From Vicinamibacterales bacterium (GTDB lineage: Bacteria; Acidobacteriota; Vicinamibacteria; Vicinamibacterales; UBA2999): a stretch of 64,000 nt of DNA. Positions 52,491 through 62,375 of this stretch are shown here, one piece after another. A program made the translations under genes and the position numbers. Location: assembly GCA_965249205.1 (NCBI GenBank), contig CBDFLL010000002.1, positions 170,810 to 234,809 of the forward strand, in the 5' to 3' direction. Positions within the stretch are counted from its first letter, which is position 1. Every line of letters begins with the position of its first letter. Under the pieces are notes generated by a model. That model was given only the letters and a program-made list of their open reading frames with translations. It was not told where the DNA came from and did not search any database.

Positions 52491-53666
52491 TCAGAACGAG
52501 CCCTCCAGAGACGATTCTTGGCCAGCCGCCCCCGGATCGCGGGTCGTATGCGCCAGCGCTGCCTCGATCTCCTCAAGGACCCAGGCGTCTGACTCGCGCT
52601 GGTGGCGCGCCTGTAGCGCCGCACGCGCCCCGGCATCGTCGAAGCGTCCCAGTGCCCAGGCGCAGTGGCCGCGGACCAACGCAGACTCGTGCTGCAGTCT
52701 CGATGTCAGCGCCGACACCGCACGCGGATGATCGCTATTGCCCAGCGCCACGGCGACGTTCCGCAGGAAGCCCTGATATTTGGCGCGCCTCACCGGGCTC
52801 CCGCGGAACAGCGTCTTGAATCCCTCCTCGTCCAGCGCGAGGAGGTCCACGAGATCAGGCGCCCGGAGCTCCTCGCGAGCCGCGAAGGCCGACGCCGCTG
52901 CCCCGACCTGGGCGAAGCGGTTCCACGGACAGACGTCCTGGCACTCATCACAGCCAAAGATGCGATTGCCTACGCCCGCCCGTAGTTCGCGCGGGATCGG
53001 GCCACGGTTCTCGATCGTCAGATAGGAGATGCAACGCCTCGCGTCAACAACGTAGGGAGCGACAATCGCCTGCGTCGGGCACACGTCGATACATGCCGTG
53101 CAGCTTCCGCACTGGTCGGCAACCGGCTCTCCGTACGCAAGCTCGCAATCGAGTACGATGGCGCCGAGGAAGAACCACGAGCCCACCCCGGCGGTGATGA
53201 GGTTCGAGTGTTTACCGATCCAGCCCAGGCCGGCAAGTTCCGCCCAGGCCTTCTCCAGCACGGGGCCGGTGTCGATGTAGTAGCGCCCCACGACGCCGGG
53301 CGCGATCTCCTGTATGCGCTGATACAGGTCGCCAAGCGCGCTGCCGAGCACGTCGTGGTATTCGCCCCCCCACGCGTAGCGGGAAATCCGGGCGCGGGAC
53401 GCATCGGTGCTCGCTTCCTCGCCGGTCCAGTAACTTCGCGTGACGATCAGGACCGACCGCGCCGCCGGCACCACGAGCCCCGGATCGGCGCGCCTGCCGG
53501 CGCTGCGCTCCATCCACTGCATGCTCCCGTGCATGCCGAGCGCGAGCCACTCGCGAAGACGCGGGGCCGCATCCAACGCGCCCACAGGCGCAGCCTCGCA
53601 GCGATCGAACCCCAGGCCGGTCGCCGCCGATTGGATGGCACGCGTCCGCTCATGGAGGGGGCTCAT
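52491..53666 (-). CDS. queG: tRNA epoxyqueuosine(34) reductase
   Basis: 4Fe-4S motifs CGSCTACIDVCP and CDECQDVCPWN are present, with a HEAT-like C-terminus. The start is MSPLHERTRAI (53666); the track ORF has a 267-nt Arg-rich extension. Confidence 0.85.
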   Translation of the reverse strand: MSPLHERTRAIQSAATGLGFDRCEAAPVGALDAAPRLREWLALGMHGSMQWMERSAGRRADPGLVVPAARSVLIVTRSYWTGEEASTDASRARISRYAWGGEYHDVLGSALGDLYQRIQEIAPGVVGRYYIDTGPVLEKAWAELAGLGWIGKHSNLITAGVGSWFFLGAIVLDCELAYGEPVADQCGSCTACIDVCPTQAIVAPYVVDARRCISYLTIENRGPIPRELRAGVGNRIFGCDECQDVCPWNRFAQVGAAASAFAAREELRAPDLVDLLALDEEGFKTLFRGSPVRRAKYQGFLRNVAVALGNSDHPRAVSALTSRLQHESALVRGHCAWALGRFDDAGARAALQARHQRESDAWVLEEIEAALAHTTRDPGAAGQESSLEGSF

Positions 53667-53761
53667 GGCGCGCAGTCTAGCAGCCCGTGGTGCCGTGAAC
53701 CGACTTGCCACTCTTTGAAGGTGCCGCGGCGCACGCCGATCGCAGCCGGGGCTTCGCCGCC

Positions 53762-54286
53762 CTAACGAAAAATCGTGGCGCCGGCCATGGTGTTGGGAAT
53801 GACGGCCCCGGTCGCGAGCTGGTAGAGCGTGCCGCTCCCGTTGGTAGCGAAGGACCGCTGCCCAGTGCTGCCAATCGAGGACGGCTCGGTGTGCGCGTGG
53901 AAGCTCGCGACCGTATCGGCCCCGCCGTTGCACGTCGCGGCGCTGAGAGTCATGACGGTTGGATCAGTGCCCGCCGCCACCGCCACACCGTAGCCGCTCT
54001 TGACCACGCCTGTCGTGGAGAGGTCGGAGGTGATGAACGCCGAGCCACCGCCCACCGGGGCCAACGCAAGATCCTCCAGCGAGGGCGCGTATCCACCGCC
54101 GCATGTCGACGCGTAGCTGGCCTCCGCGCTGCTGATGATGCGAAGTGAACCGACGGCCGAGGCCTCGTTGCCCGACTGGCGTGCGCGCAGCAGGCCGGGG
54201 ATAGCGACGGCAGAGACGATGCCGATGAGCGCCACGCTAATCAACAGCTCGATCAGCGTAAATCCCCTGGCGTCCTCCGTCGTCAT
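53762..54286 (-). CDS. prepilin-type N-terminal cleavage/methylation domain protein (type IV pilin-like)
   Basis: The GFTLIELLISVALIGIVSAVAIPGLL class III signal follows a short leader (MTTEDAR). Confidence 0.8.
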   Translation of the reverse strand: MTTEDARGFTLIELLISVALIGIVSAVAIPGLLRARQSGNEASAVGSLRIISSAEASYASTCGGGYAPSLEDLALAPVGGGSAFITSDLSTTGVVKSGYGVAVAAGTDPTVMTLSAATCNGGADTVASFHAHTEPSSIGSTGQRSFATNGSGTLYQLATGAVIPNTMAGATIFR

Positions 54287-54543
54287 TCGATTGGTCCTCA
54301 CTCGTCGCTTCGCCCCTGTCAGGCACCGGCCCGTGGTGACCAAACGAGAGGCGCCCCAGTATGTGGCACCTCGGTTGGGCCCGGCACGCAGAGACATTGT
54401 ACGTATCACCGCCACACATCGCCTAAGCGAATGGCGCAATCAGGCAAACGATTCGTCCTCTACGGTCAAAGTCACGTGCGGGCTGCTTCGGTATAACAAC
54501 ACAAGACTGCCAATCACGGCAGTCATCGCGAAAGGAGCCCACG

Positions 54544-55056
54544 ATGGACAGAACCTCACAAACGGCGCAGGAACACCGGGACGCGGGACGCGGACGCAAG
54601 GCATTCTGGGTGGCGGTCGCGCTCGGCGCGCTGTTCGCCGTCGTCTGGCTGACACCGACCCGAGCCCAGCGGCCGCACGGACCGGGCGGGTTCTTCCACG
54701 GCCAACGCGGCGATGCTCATTCGTTGGCGACACTCGGCGCAGAACTCAGGGAACATGCCGGTCTGCTGGCGTACGCGGGCCTGACCGAGCCCCAAGTGGC
54801 GCGCATCGCCGACGCGTTCGACGAGCGCATCGCAGTGTTCGCTGAACTGGAATCAGGCCGTGCTGCGATCGAAGGGCGAGTGGCCGACGCGGTAGCGGCC
54901 GAGAACCTTGACCCTACTGAGCTCGCCGTCACACTCGGCGAGGCGAGAGAGCTCGCAGAGCGGACCCTTGACGAATCGTTCGACCTGATCGCGGCCGTCG
55001 CCAGCGAGCTGACGCCCGCGCAGCGCGCGGATCTGGTCAGACACTGGAGAGACTGA
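54544..55056 (+). CDS. Spy/CpxP-family periplasmic protein (LTXXQ motifs)
   Basis: 170 aa with a signal/TM region and LTEPQ and LTPAQ motifs. Confidence 0.6.
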   Translation: MDRTSQTAQEHRDAGRGRKAFWVAVALGALFAVVWLTPTRAQRPHGPGGFFHGQRGDAHSLATLGAELREHAGLLAYAGLTEPQVARIADAFDERIAVFAELESGRAAIEGRVADAVAAENLDPTELAVTLGEARELAERTLDESFDLIAAVASELTPAQRADLVRHWRD

Positions 55057-55826
55057 TGAAACCGCGTCGCTTCGGGTCGGAATCACGCGTGGTTGGTGGC
55101 TCGCTCGCCGTCAGCCACAACCCGGGCGGGCCGACGACGTCACGCCCGCCCCTCGCCGCACCCGGTCGACCCCTTCGGTCCGTCCGCGCCTGGCTCGTCG
55201 GACAGTTCGGCCACCCGAGAGGCGTGTCCGGGCGGTTGGCCGGCTGGATCATGGCGCATCGCCCGTCCAATCGCCGGCGCAACGCCTGGGCCGTCGATCT
55301 GCTGAATGTGCAGCCGGGATGGCGCGTCCTTGAGATCGGTTTCGGCCCGGGCCTGTCGCTTCACCAGCTCGCATCACGCGTGGGACCAAAGGGGCTGGTG
55401 GCAGGCATCGACGTCTCCGCGACGATGCTGCGCCAGGCGCGACACCGCAATCGTGCGGCGGTCGCATCGGGAAGGATGGACCTGCGCCAGGCGTCGGTTA
55501 CCGATCTTCCGAGCTTCGGCGAGGCGTTCGACGCGATACTAGCTGTCAACACCGTGGGGTTCTGGCCAGACCGACCCGCCCAGTTTAGGGCTATTCGGGC
55601 TGAACTCGTGCCCGGAGGACTCTTCGCCGTCACCGTACAGCCCCGATCAAGGGGTGCGACCGCGGCAACGACCGCACGGATTCAGGGCGAGATCGAGGCG
55701 GATCTCTATGGCGCGGGCTTCGGGAGTGTGGTCAGCCACACGCTCGAGCTGGACCCTCCGGCGGCCTGCGTCATCGCGCGCGGAGTGCAGACACTACGCC
55801 AGTCGATCCGTAGCCTCGTCCTATAG
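55056..55826 (+). CDS. class I SAM-dependent methyltransferase
   Basis: VLEIGFGPGLSL motif I is present. The true start is probably downstream, for example GTG at 55182. Confidence 0.75.
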   Translation: MKPRRFGSESRVVGGSLAVSHNPGGPTTSRPPLAAPGRPLRSVRAWLVGQFGHPRGVSGRLAGWIMAHRPSNRRRNAWAVDLLNVQPGWRVLEIGFGPGLSLHQLASRVGPKGLVAGIDVSATMLRQARHRNRAAVASGRMDLRQASVTDLPSFGEAFDAILAVNTVGFWPDRPAQFRAIRAELVPGGLFAVTVQPRSRGATAATTARIQGEIEADLYGAGFGSVVSHTLELDPPAACVIARGVQTLRQSIRSLVL

Positions 55827-55841
55827 ACGAGGTCTCTGACG

Positions 55842-56501
55842 CTACTCGGGCTTCTTCGCGTGCTCGTCGAACTGGTGGGTCCAGTGCGCGCCACTGCAGA
55901 ACGGCTTGTTCGTGCTGTGGCCACACCGGCATAACGCGAAGCGCCTCGTCGACGCGCCTTCACCTTGCGGAACCTCCTTGAGCGCGGCGGCGCCTCCGCG
56001 CACGACGTACGGACCGTTGGGAACGTAGCCGACCACTGGCTCCCCGCCGCCGTCGCCGTGTTCAACACCGTCGATCGAGTAACTGAGCGCGCCTGAGGGG
56101 CACGTGTCGATCACAGCCGCAATCTGCTCGGCCGATGCCGCCGTCGCCAGGACGAACGGTTCCTCCCTCAAACGGAAAACCTCCTTGAGGCCGTCGGTAC
56201 ATCGACCGGCGTGCGCGCAGATGCCGCGGTTGTCATGGATCGTAATCGCCTCGGCCACGTAGTCCTCACGCTTGTAGGGGACCCGGTCCGGGGCCTTCGC
56301 ATCGCTGAAGCCGTTGGTCCGGTGGCTGCCGTCGCAGAAGGGCTTGTTCTTCGAGCCGCCGCACCGACAGAGCTTGGTCACCGCCTGCGTCTGATGCGCC
56401 GCCGCACCGTACAGACCCTCAAGCGAGGTGAGGTTCGTGACGCGATACGGTCCGTTTGGCATCAGCGAAATCTCGGGAACGGTCTTCGGGCCATCAGACA
56501 T
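55842..56501 (-). CDS. CDGSH iron-sulfur domain-containing protein (two CDGSH-type motifs)
   Basis: CRCGGSKNKPFCDGSH and CRCGHSTNKPFCSGAH. The ATG at 56501 is preceded by AAGGAGA (56513-56507). Confidence 0.8.
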   Translation of the reverse strand: MSDGPKTVPEISLMPNGPYRVTNLTSLEGLYGAAAHQTQAVTKLCRCGGSKNKPFCDGSHRTNGFSDAKAPDRVPYKREDYVAEAITIHDNRGICAHAGRCTDGLKEVFRLREEPFVLATAASAEQIAAVIDTCPSGALSYSIDGVEHGDGGGEPVVGYVPNGPYVVRGGAAALKEVPQGEGASTRRFALCRCGHSTNKPFCSGAHWTHQFDEHAKKPE

Positions 56502-56533
56502 GCTGCTCTCCTTCACTAGGGGGGGCGTCGCTG

Positions 56534-57517
56534 TCAACGCGCGGATGCAAGCGTCAGCGCGAAGCCGTCATCCGACCACTGGCTCGTGGTGAGGAAGCCA
56601 GCCCGCTCCACCATCGCCACGATTTGCTCGGCGCCGTACTTGTACGAACTCTCGGTCCAGATCGTCTCACCGGCGTCGAACATGATGTCGAGATCCGCGG
56701 ACGGCACACGCACACGCTGCCGGCACTCACTCACCAGGTGCATCTCGATGCGCGAGGCTTCGGCGTTCCAGACCGCGCGATGACTGAACCTCGCCAGATC
56801 GAAATCGGCGTCGAGCTCGCTGTTGGCTCGTACGAGCAGGTTCCTGTTAAAGGCCGCTGTCACGCCGAGCGGATCGTCGTAGGCAAGCAGCAGCTCGGCT
56901 TCCGGCTTCAGGAGATCCGCACCAAGAAGCAGTGAGTCGCCCACCGACATCGCTGTTCGGATGTTGTGAAGAAAGGCAGCCGCGCCGGGCGGATCGAAGT
57001 TGCCGATATTCGAGCCGAGAAAGAGCGTCAGCGTCCGCCCTGTCGCGCGCCTGCTGCTCGCGATCTCGGTAAGCCCGGCCTCGTAGGTGGCCTCGTGGGC
57101 TACGACGACGAGGTCGATGTCACTCGCCAGGGCGCGTCCGGCCGCCTCGAGCGCAGCGCCCGACACGTCCACTAGGTGCACGGTCAGTGGGCCAGCCGGA
57201 CGAGCCGAGAGGAGCGTGGCAAGCTTCAAGCCGCTACCTGGCCCCAGCTCGACAATGGTCGAAATGGGGGCGACGCGCGAGACGATGTCGCTCGCAACAC
57301 GTTCAAGCAGGCGTTGCTCGGCCCTCGTGATGCCGTACCAGGGCAGGCGGCAAATCGCCTCGAACAGCTCCGATCCCAACTCGTCGTACAGGTGTTCGGA
57401 CGGCAGCTGACGCGGTGTCTGCGACAGGTAGTACGCGACGTCGACGGCGAAACGGCTACGCGCCGTTGTGGTCTTTGGCACAGCGGAACGTCGCATAGAC
57501 ATAGGGGTAGCGCGCAC
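56534..57517 (-). CDS. egtD: L-histidine N(alpha)-methyltransferase (ergothioneine biosynthesis)
   Basis: LPSEHLYDELGSELFEAICRLPWYGITRAEQRLL parallels EgtD ([30 protein letters not shown]). The start is ambiguous (57517, 57502 or 57496); all three overlap the egtB 3' end. Confidence 0.85.
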   Translation of the reverse strand: MRATPMSMRRSAVPKTTTARSRFAVDVAYYLSQTPRQLPSEHLYDELGSELFEAICRLPWYGITRAEQRLLERVASDIVSRVAPISTIVELGPGSGLKLATLLSARPAGPLTVHLVDVSGAALEAAGRALASDIDLVVVAHEATYEAGLTEIASSRRATGRTLTLFLGSNIGNFDPPGAAAFLHNIRTAMSVGDSLLLGADLLKPEAELLLAYDDPLGVTAAFNRNLLVRANSELDADFDLARFSHRAVWNAEASRIEMHLVSECRQRVRVPSADLDIMFDAGETIWTESSYKYGAEQIVAMVERAGFLTTSQWSDDGFALTLASAR

Positions 57518-58790
57518 GAAACCAGTTCCGGAATGTCGGTCGCAACAACGCGCGAGCCGTCGCCGGAGACGCGCCCTTTATGACCATGTGCTGGTTGTCG
57601 AAGAAGTCCGCCGAGTATTCCGGATAGGACGCCATCGGTCGAAAACCAGGAAATGGCCCGAAGGGCGTGCTCGTCCACTCCCAACCGTTGCCTACGAGAT
57701 CCTCCACACCCCACGTACTCGCGCCAGCCGGGTGGCTGCCGACAGGCCAGGGATCCCAACTCGAGAAATCGAACACACCGCGTTCAACCGACGGCTCATC
57801 AGAACCCCAGGGATACTGGCGCTCGCCGGCCGGCGAGCCGTACGTGGCGCGCTGAAACTCAGCCTCCGTTGGCAGCCGCGCCCCACACCAGCGCGTGAAG
57901 GCCGAGGCTTCCGCATGGCTGAGGTAGACGGGCCACGCCAGCGGCAACGGTAGCAACTCGAACATGCCGCGCCACCACCACGCGTCACCATTGCGCTCCC
58001 AGAACAACGGGTGGGCCATGCCTTCCTGCTGAACCCACAGCCAGTCCTCCGCCGTCCACCAGCGCGCGTCTCGATAGCCGCCGGCCTCGACGAACTCCAG
58101 GAATCGGCTGTTCGTGACATCGTGGCGCTCAATGGCGAACGCCCCGACGTCTTCAGTACGCGCCGGAAACTCGTTGTCCCATCCAAACCGCACGGTGTCT
58201 CTGTCGACACCCAAGGTGGCGCGACCCGCCGGCACGGTGATCCATTCGGCAGATGGTGAGGTGTTCTTCGTCTGCGGATGGTAACCGGCCGGTCGCTGTT
58301 TGAGCGCGAACGGCAGCCGATGCCACATGTACAGCAGCGTCTCGTGGTGCAGCGCTTCGTGCTCGATGATGCAAAAGGCCGCTTCGGCTCGATCGAGCAA
58401 CGGATGCCCAGGCCGATCGAGCTCGCCGGAGGCCAGCACTTCCTCGATCTGTTTGTCGGCGTCAGCTGCAAAGGCGCGGACCACATCCCGGGATGGCCAC
58501 ACCGACTCGGCACTCGCCGCTGCCCCTTCGGCGGCAGATGACTCATGCGGGTCGATGCCTCGGGCGAAGAGGTCCTCGAGACGCGCATCGATGCTCGGGT
58601 GACCCAACGCCTTCTTCATGAGGGAGTTGAAACTGAAACCCGGAAGGTGCCCTTCGTAGAACACGATCGGATGGCGCAGCGCGATCGGCTGGGAGTAGTA
58701 GGCCTCGTTGGTGAGCACGTCGAACAACTCGCGCGACCGTGCGCGGCTGCGTTGATAGCTACTGAGCGTCTCACTCTGCAGTGTGTCCAT
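57456..58790 (-). CDS. egtB: ergothioneine biosynthesis sulfoxide synthase (DinB_2 + FGE-sulfatase domains)
   Basis: RHPIVFYEGHLPGF (DinB-like) and GNGWEWTSTPFGPFPGF...VIKGASPAT (FGE-like) are both present. Confidence 0.85.
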   Translation of the reverse strand: MDTLQSETLSSYQRSRARSRELFDVLTNEAYYSQPIALRHPIVFYEGHLPGFSFNSLMKKALGHPSIDARLEDLFARGIDPHESSAAEGAAASAESVWPSRDVVRAFAADADKQIEEVLASGELDRPGHPLLDRAEAAFCIIEHEALHHETLLYMWHRLPFALKQRPAGYHPQTKNTSPSAEWITVPAGRATLGVDRDTVRFGWDNEFPARTEDVGAFAIERHDVTNSRFLEFVEAGGYRDARWWTAEDWLWVQQEGMAHPLFWERNGDAWWWRGMFELLPLPLAWPVYLSHAEASAFTRWCGARLPTEAEFQRATYGSPAGERQYPWGSDEPSVERGVFDFSSWDPWPVGSHPAGASTWGVEDLVGNGWEWTSTPFGPFPGFRPMASYPEYSADFFDNQHMVIKGASPATARALLRPTFRNWFRARYPYVYATFRCAKDHNGA

Positions 58791-58966
58791 CGGGCTCCTC
58801 TGCGGCGACCGGCGTTCGGAAGGCTCATTGAACTACATCTCGCGTGATATCGCGAGCCGACGACGGCGCGCGCCCCATGTCGACGGCACTGCGGATGGGG
58901 CGGACTCGGCCGTCGGCATGCGGGAATGCGCAAGAGCCCGCCGGATCTCCGTGGAATAATGCCGCC

Positions 58967-60448
58967 GTGGTTCCACGTGTTCGTTTCGCCCCCTCCCCGA
59001 CCGGGTATCTTCACGTCGGCGGCGCCCGTACGGCACTGTTCAACTGGCTCTACGCGCGCCGGCACGGTGGTACCTTTGTCCTGCGCATCGAGGACACCGA
59101 CGTCGAGCGTTCGTCGGCCGAAATGATCGACGGCATCCTCGATGGCCTGCGCTGGCTCGGTCTCGACTGGGACGAAGGCCCGGAGGTGGGCGGACCGCGC
59201 GGTCCCTACTTCCAGTCGGAGCGCCTTGATCGCTACCGGCAGGCAGTCGAACGACTCGTCGCGGAGGGCCGAGCCTACTACTGCTACTGCACGCCTGAGA
59301 GGCTGCGGCAGGAAAGGGAACTGGCGGAAGGTCGCGGGGAGGCCTGGCAGTACGACAAGGCGTGTCTGGCGCTGTCGCCTGAGCGCGCCACCGAACTCGA
59401 AGGCGACAGAACGCCACGTACGGTTCGATTCAAAGTTCCGCCCACTCAGACGGGGTTCGACGACCGCGTACGCGGGCGCATCGAGTTCGACTCGCGCCAT
59501 CTCGAGGACTTCGTCGTGCTGCGTTCCGACCAGCACCCGACGTACCACCTCTCAGTCGTCGTGGATGACCTCGATATGGGGATTACGCATGTCATCCGCG
59601 GCGATGACCACATCTCCAACACGCCGAAGCATCTGCTGCTGTTCGAGGCGTTCGGCGCCGCGCCGCCCGTGTTTGCGCATGTCCCACTGATTCTGGGGGC
59701 CGACAAGAAGCGGCTGAGCAAACGGCATGGCGCGACGTCGGTCACCGAGTACCGGGAGCAGGGTTATCTGCCCGACGCCATGATCAACTTCCTGGCGCTG
59801 CTCGGCTGGTCGCCGGGTGACGACACTGAGCTGATGTCCACCGACGATCTTGTCGAGCGCTTCTCGCTCCGCGGGATCGGGGGCGGCAACGCCGTGTTCG
59901 ACACAACGAAGCTCGACTGGATGAACGGGCAGTACATCGCAAGACTGCCCGTCGGGGAGTTGGCGATGGCTGTCGAGCCGCTGCTCGCTGCTGCGGGTCT
60001 GGCACAGGCTGCCGGGGTGCTCACTCAGGAGGGTGACGACAACGGCGGTCCATGGCTCCATCAGCTCCTGGATCTGCTGCGCCCGCGAGCAAAGCGATTG
60101 ACTGATTTCGTCGATCAGGCGAGGCCATTTATCGTCGAGTCGGTCGAGTACGAATCCGAGGCGGTCGCCAAGTACCTGTCATCGCCTGGCCTGAGCGATC
60201 ACGTCGCCGCGCTGGCCACCGCACTGGGTGGGCTCGATCCCTTCGATGAGGCGCAGGTGGAAGCGGCGGTGCGCGGAACCGCCGCCGCGCGCGGCGTCAA
60301 GGCCGGAGCCCTGATCCATGCGACGCGAGTGGCCGTCACCGGCAGAACAACGAGTCCAGGGATCTTCGAGGTGCTGGTGTTGCTTGGTCGCGCACGGAGC
60401 GTAGCGCGACTGAAGCAACTGGTCGCTTTTCTAAACGGCAGGAGCTAA
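58967..60448 (+). CDS. gltX: glutamate--tRNA ligase
   Basis: VRFAPSPTGYLHVGGARTALFNWLYARRHGGTFVLRIEDTD (HIGH region) and KLSKRHG (KMSKS) are present. The GTG at 58967 gives a canonical N-terminus. Confidence 0.9.
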   Translation: MVPRVRFAPSPTGYLHVGGARTALFNWLYARRHGGTFVLRIEDTDVERSSAEMIDGILDGLRWLGLDWDEGPEVGGPRGPYFQSERLDRYRQAVERLVAEGRAYYCYCTPERLRQERELAEGRGEAWQYDKACLALSPERATELEGDRTPRTVRFKVPPTQTGFDDRVRGRIEFDSRHLEDFVVLRSDQHPTYHLSVVVDDLDMGITHVIRGDDHISNTPKHLLLFEAFGAAPPVFAHVPLILGADKKRLSKRHGATSVTEYREQGYLPDAMINFLALLGWSPGDDTELMSTDDLVERFSLRGIGGGNAVFDTTKLDWMNGQYIARLPVGELAMAVEPLLAAAGLAQAAGVLTQEGDDNGGPWLHQLLDLLRPRAKRLTDFVDQARPFIVESVEYESEAVAKYLSSPGLSDHVAALATALGGLDPFDEAQVEAAVRGTAAARGVKAGALIHATRVAVTGRTTSPGIFEVLVLLGRARSVARLKQLVAFLNGRS

Positions 60449-60551
60449 TTGCGACCGCCCTCGGCCTCCCGCTGCAATCAGCGTTTGCCCGGACGAAGGC
60501 TTTCTCTGTACAATCGGAGGTTCCAGCCTCGGTTTCTCGCGAAGCCAGCAC

Positions 60552-60625
60552 TGGGAGGTCGTTCAACGGTAGGACACCTGCCTCTGGAGCAGGTTATCGG
60601 GGTTCGAATCCCTGCCTCCCAGCCA
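60552..60625 (+). tRNA. tRNA-Gln (anticodon CUG)
   Basis: Hand-folded 74 nt. Acceptor TGGGAGG/CCTCCCA, anticodon stem CCTGC/GCAGG with loop CTCTGGA, T-loop TTCGAAT, encoded CCA. Confidence 0.9.
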
Positions 60626-61000
60626 AATCTCTCTTTTCGCTAGATCTAGCGTCGTCTGAGCTTTCGACTTGCGCGCATGTGCTTGCTTGTTCTTCGCAGG
60701 GTCTTCTCCTGCGTGTGACAAGTGGTTGAGCATCGCGTTGCGACGACCTTTGGCATCAAACGCTTCATCCGACAGAGCGTCGATGATTGCAGACCCCTCA
60801 GTCAGCTTGACGACCACAGAGGTATTCGCGTCCGTCGCAGTGACGAGGACATGATCAGGCGCCGACGACTCGACCTCATACACGCCGGCCAGCAGCATGT
60901 TCTTCGACAGAGGATCCCCCGAGCCGGATGAAGGGAAGTGACGATCTGGGATCGTCGCAGAAGTTAGAAACTTTCCGGCGACCCTGTGGCTCTCCGACAT
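60563..61000 (-). CDS. hypothetical protein (doubtful; the 3' end runs antisense through tRNA-Gln)
   Basis: A 145-aa ORF in a visibly lower-GC stretch with no recognisable domain. The last 63 nt overlap the tRNA on the opposite strand. Confidence 0.2.
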   Translation of the reverse strand: MSESHRVAGKFLTSATIPDRHFPSSGSGDPLSKNMLLAGVYEVESSAPDHVLVTATDANTSVVVKLTEGSAIIDALSDEAFDAKGRRNAMLNHLSHAGEDPAKNKQAHARKSKAQTTLDLAKREIWLGGRDSNPDNLLQRQVSYR

Positions 61001-61197
61001 CGCCCAACATGCGCGATGGCTGCACGGTCACAGAAGTCGACGTGGGGACACTCTTCAGATCGCTTGGAGGTGCTCGACAACTTTCGTAAGCTATCTCTGG
61101 AACGGGGCCTCACGGAGCTACGCAAGCGGTACGGCTAAGAATGCCGGACCTGGCGATCTGACCTACGAGCGCCCTGCTGTTCGCGCTCTCCAGCGAA

Positions 61198-61770
61198 TCA
61201 TCCTCTGATCTGGGAACATGTCGGTTCGAGAGTCCGCGAATAGGGTGAGGTGTCATGCGTCGAGGCGCCTGGCCCGTCACCCTCGTCCAGCATCCCAAAC
61301 GATACCAGCGCAGCCTCGATGCCTTTCCCCAGTAACCGGTACCCCGCTGGCGTGTTGTGGCGATCGAGCTGCCAGTAGTACTCCCAGACGTTGCCCTCCG
61401 TGACTCCCCCCTCGACCAGAAAATACTCGAGCAGGTCTACAACGTAGATGTCGGTATTGGCACAGAGGCGGTCGAGGAGCCCGGGCAAGACGTACTGTTG
61501 CGGATTACCGAGCTGCTCCGCGTTCATCACTTCCCATGCGTGCGGATGGACGACGACCATCAGACGGAAGCCATACTGCGACGACAAGGCCCAAAACTTC
61601 GACACGCTTTCGGCGATATCATCGATCGCCTCCTGGGTGTGATCGTCCCAGCGGTCTTCTCTCACCAAATCTTGGTTGTACCCGAGCAGGGAGTGGGCCA
61701 CGAGTCGTACGATGTGACTCGGTAGATGGCCAACCGATCGGCGACGACGAGCTTCAGGAAGTAACCCCAC
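61198..61770 (-). pseudogene. C-terminal fragment of an SGNH/AlgJ-like acyl-hydrolase (tentative)
   Basis: 190-aa ORF with no N-terminal GDS block. It contains LDRHNTPAGYRLLGKGI, which resembles the terminal Asp/His block. It begins out of frame inside the truncated MBOAT gene. Confidence 0.35.
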
Positions 61771-62360
61771 AGTATCAACCTGAGGCCGCTCGAGATCGCC
61801 TCATAGTCGAGCACACACCGGCGACGCAGTTGCGGCAACAAGTGTGACGGTCGCTCGATCGGACCGGCCACAAGTTGCGGGAAGAACGCGACGTAGAGCG
61901 CGAAGTACCCCAGATGCCGCTCGGGTTCGGTGCGCCCACGATAGAGTTCGATCGTGTAGCTCATCGACTGGAACGTGTAGAACGAGATCCCGACCGGCAG
62001 CAACAGGTTGAATGCGGGAACATTCGCCAGCACGTTGAAGCTCTCGAACAGCGCGTTCAGAGACGAGCCCGCAAAGTCCGCGTACTTGAACGAGAACAAC
62101 AACCCCAGGTTCGTGACGACGCTCAGGATGAGGTACTTGCGCCGGGCCTCCTTCGTCGAGACGCGGGCCATGCGTAATCCGCAGCCGTAGTCGACAAGCG
62201 TGCTGAAGATGATGAGAAGCAGATACTCCACTCGCCACGACGCGTAGAAGTAGTAGCTCGCGCCGAGAAGGAACGCCCAGCGCGCTTTGTGAGGCAACGC
62301 GTAGTACGCGATCACGACCAACGGGAGGAAGAGCGCGAAATGGAGTGAGTTGAACAGCAC
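61662..62360 (-). pseudogene. MBOAT family (AlgI/DltB-like) O-acyltransferase, N-terminal half only
   Basis: MLFNSLHFALFLPLVVIAYY...ISFYTFQSMSYTIELYRG...FFPQLVAGPIERP...LKLVVADRLAIY then diverges and stops at 232 aa. Full-length members are around 450-500 aa. Confidence 0.7.
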
Positions 62361-62375
62361 CGTCAGCGGGGCGAA

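Noticed and set aside
58967-60625. gltX immediately followed by tRNA-Gln(CUG), as a hint of a non-discriminating GluRS / transamidation route.
   Set aside because: Plausible and common in bacteria lacking GlnRS. It cannot be judged from this window because glnS and gatCAB status are unknown, and it is not novel.
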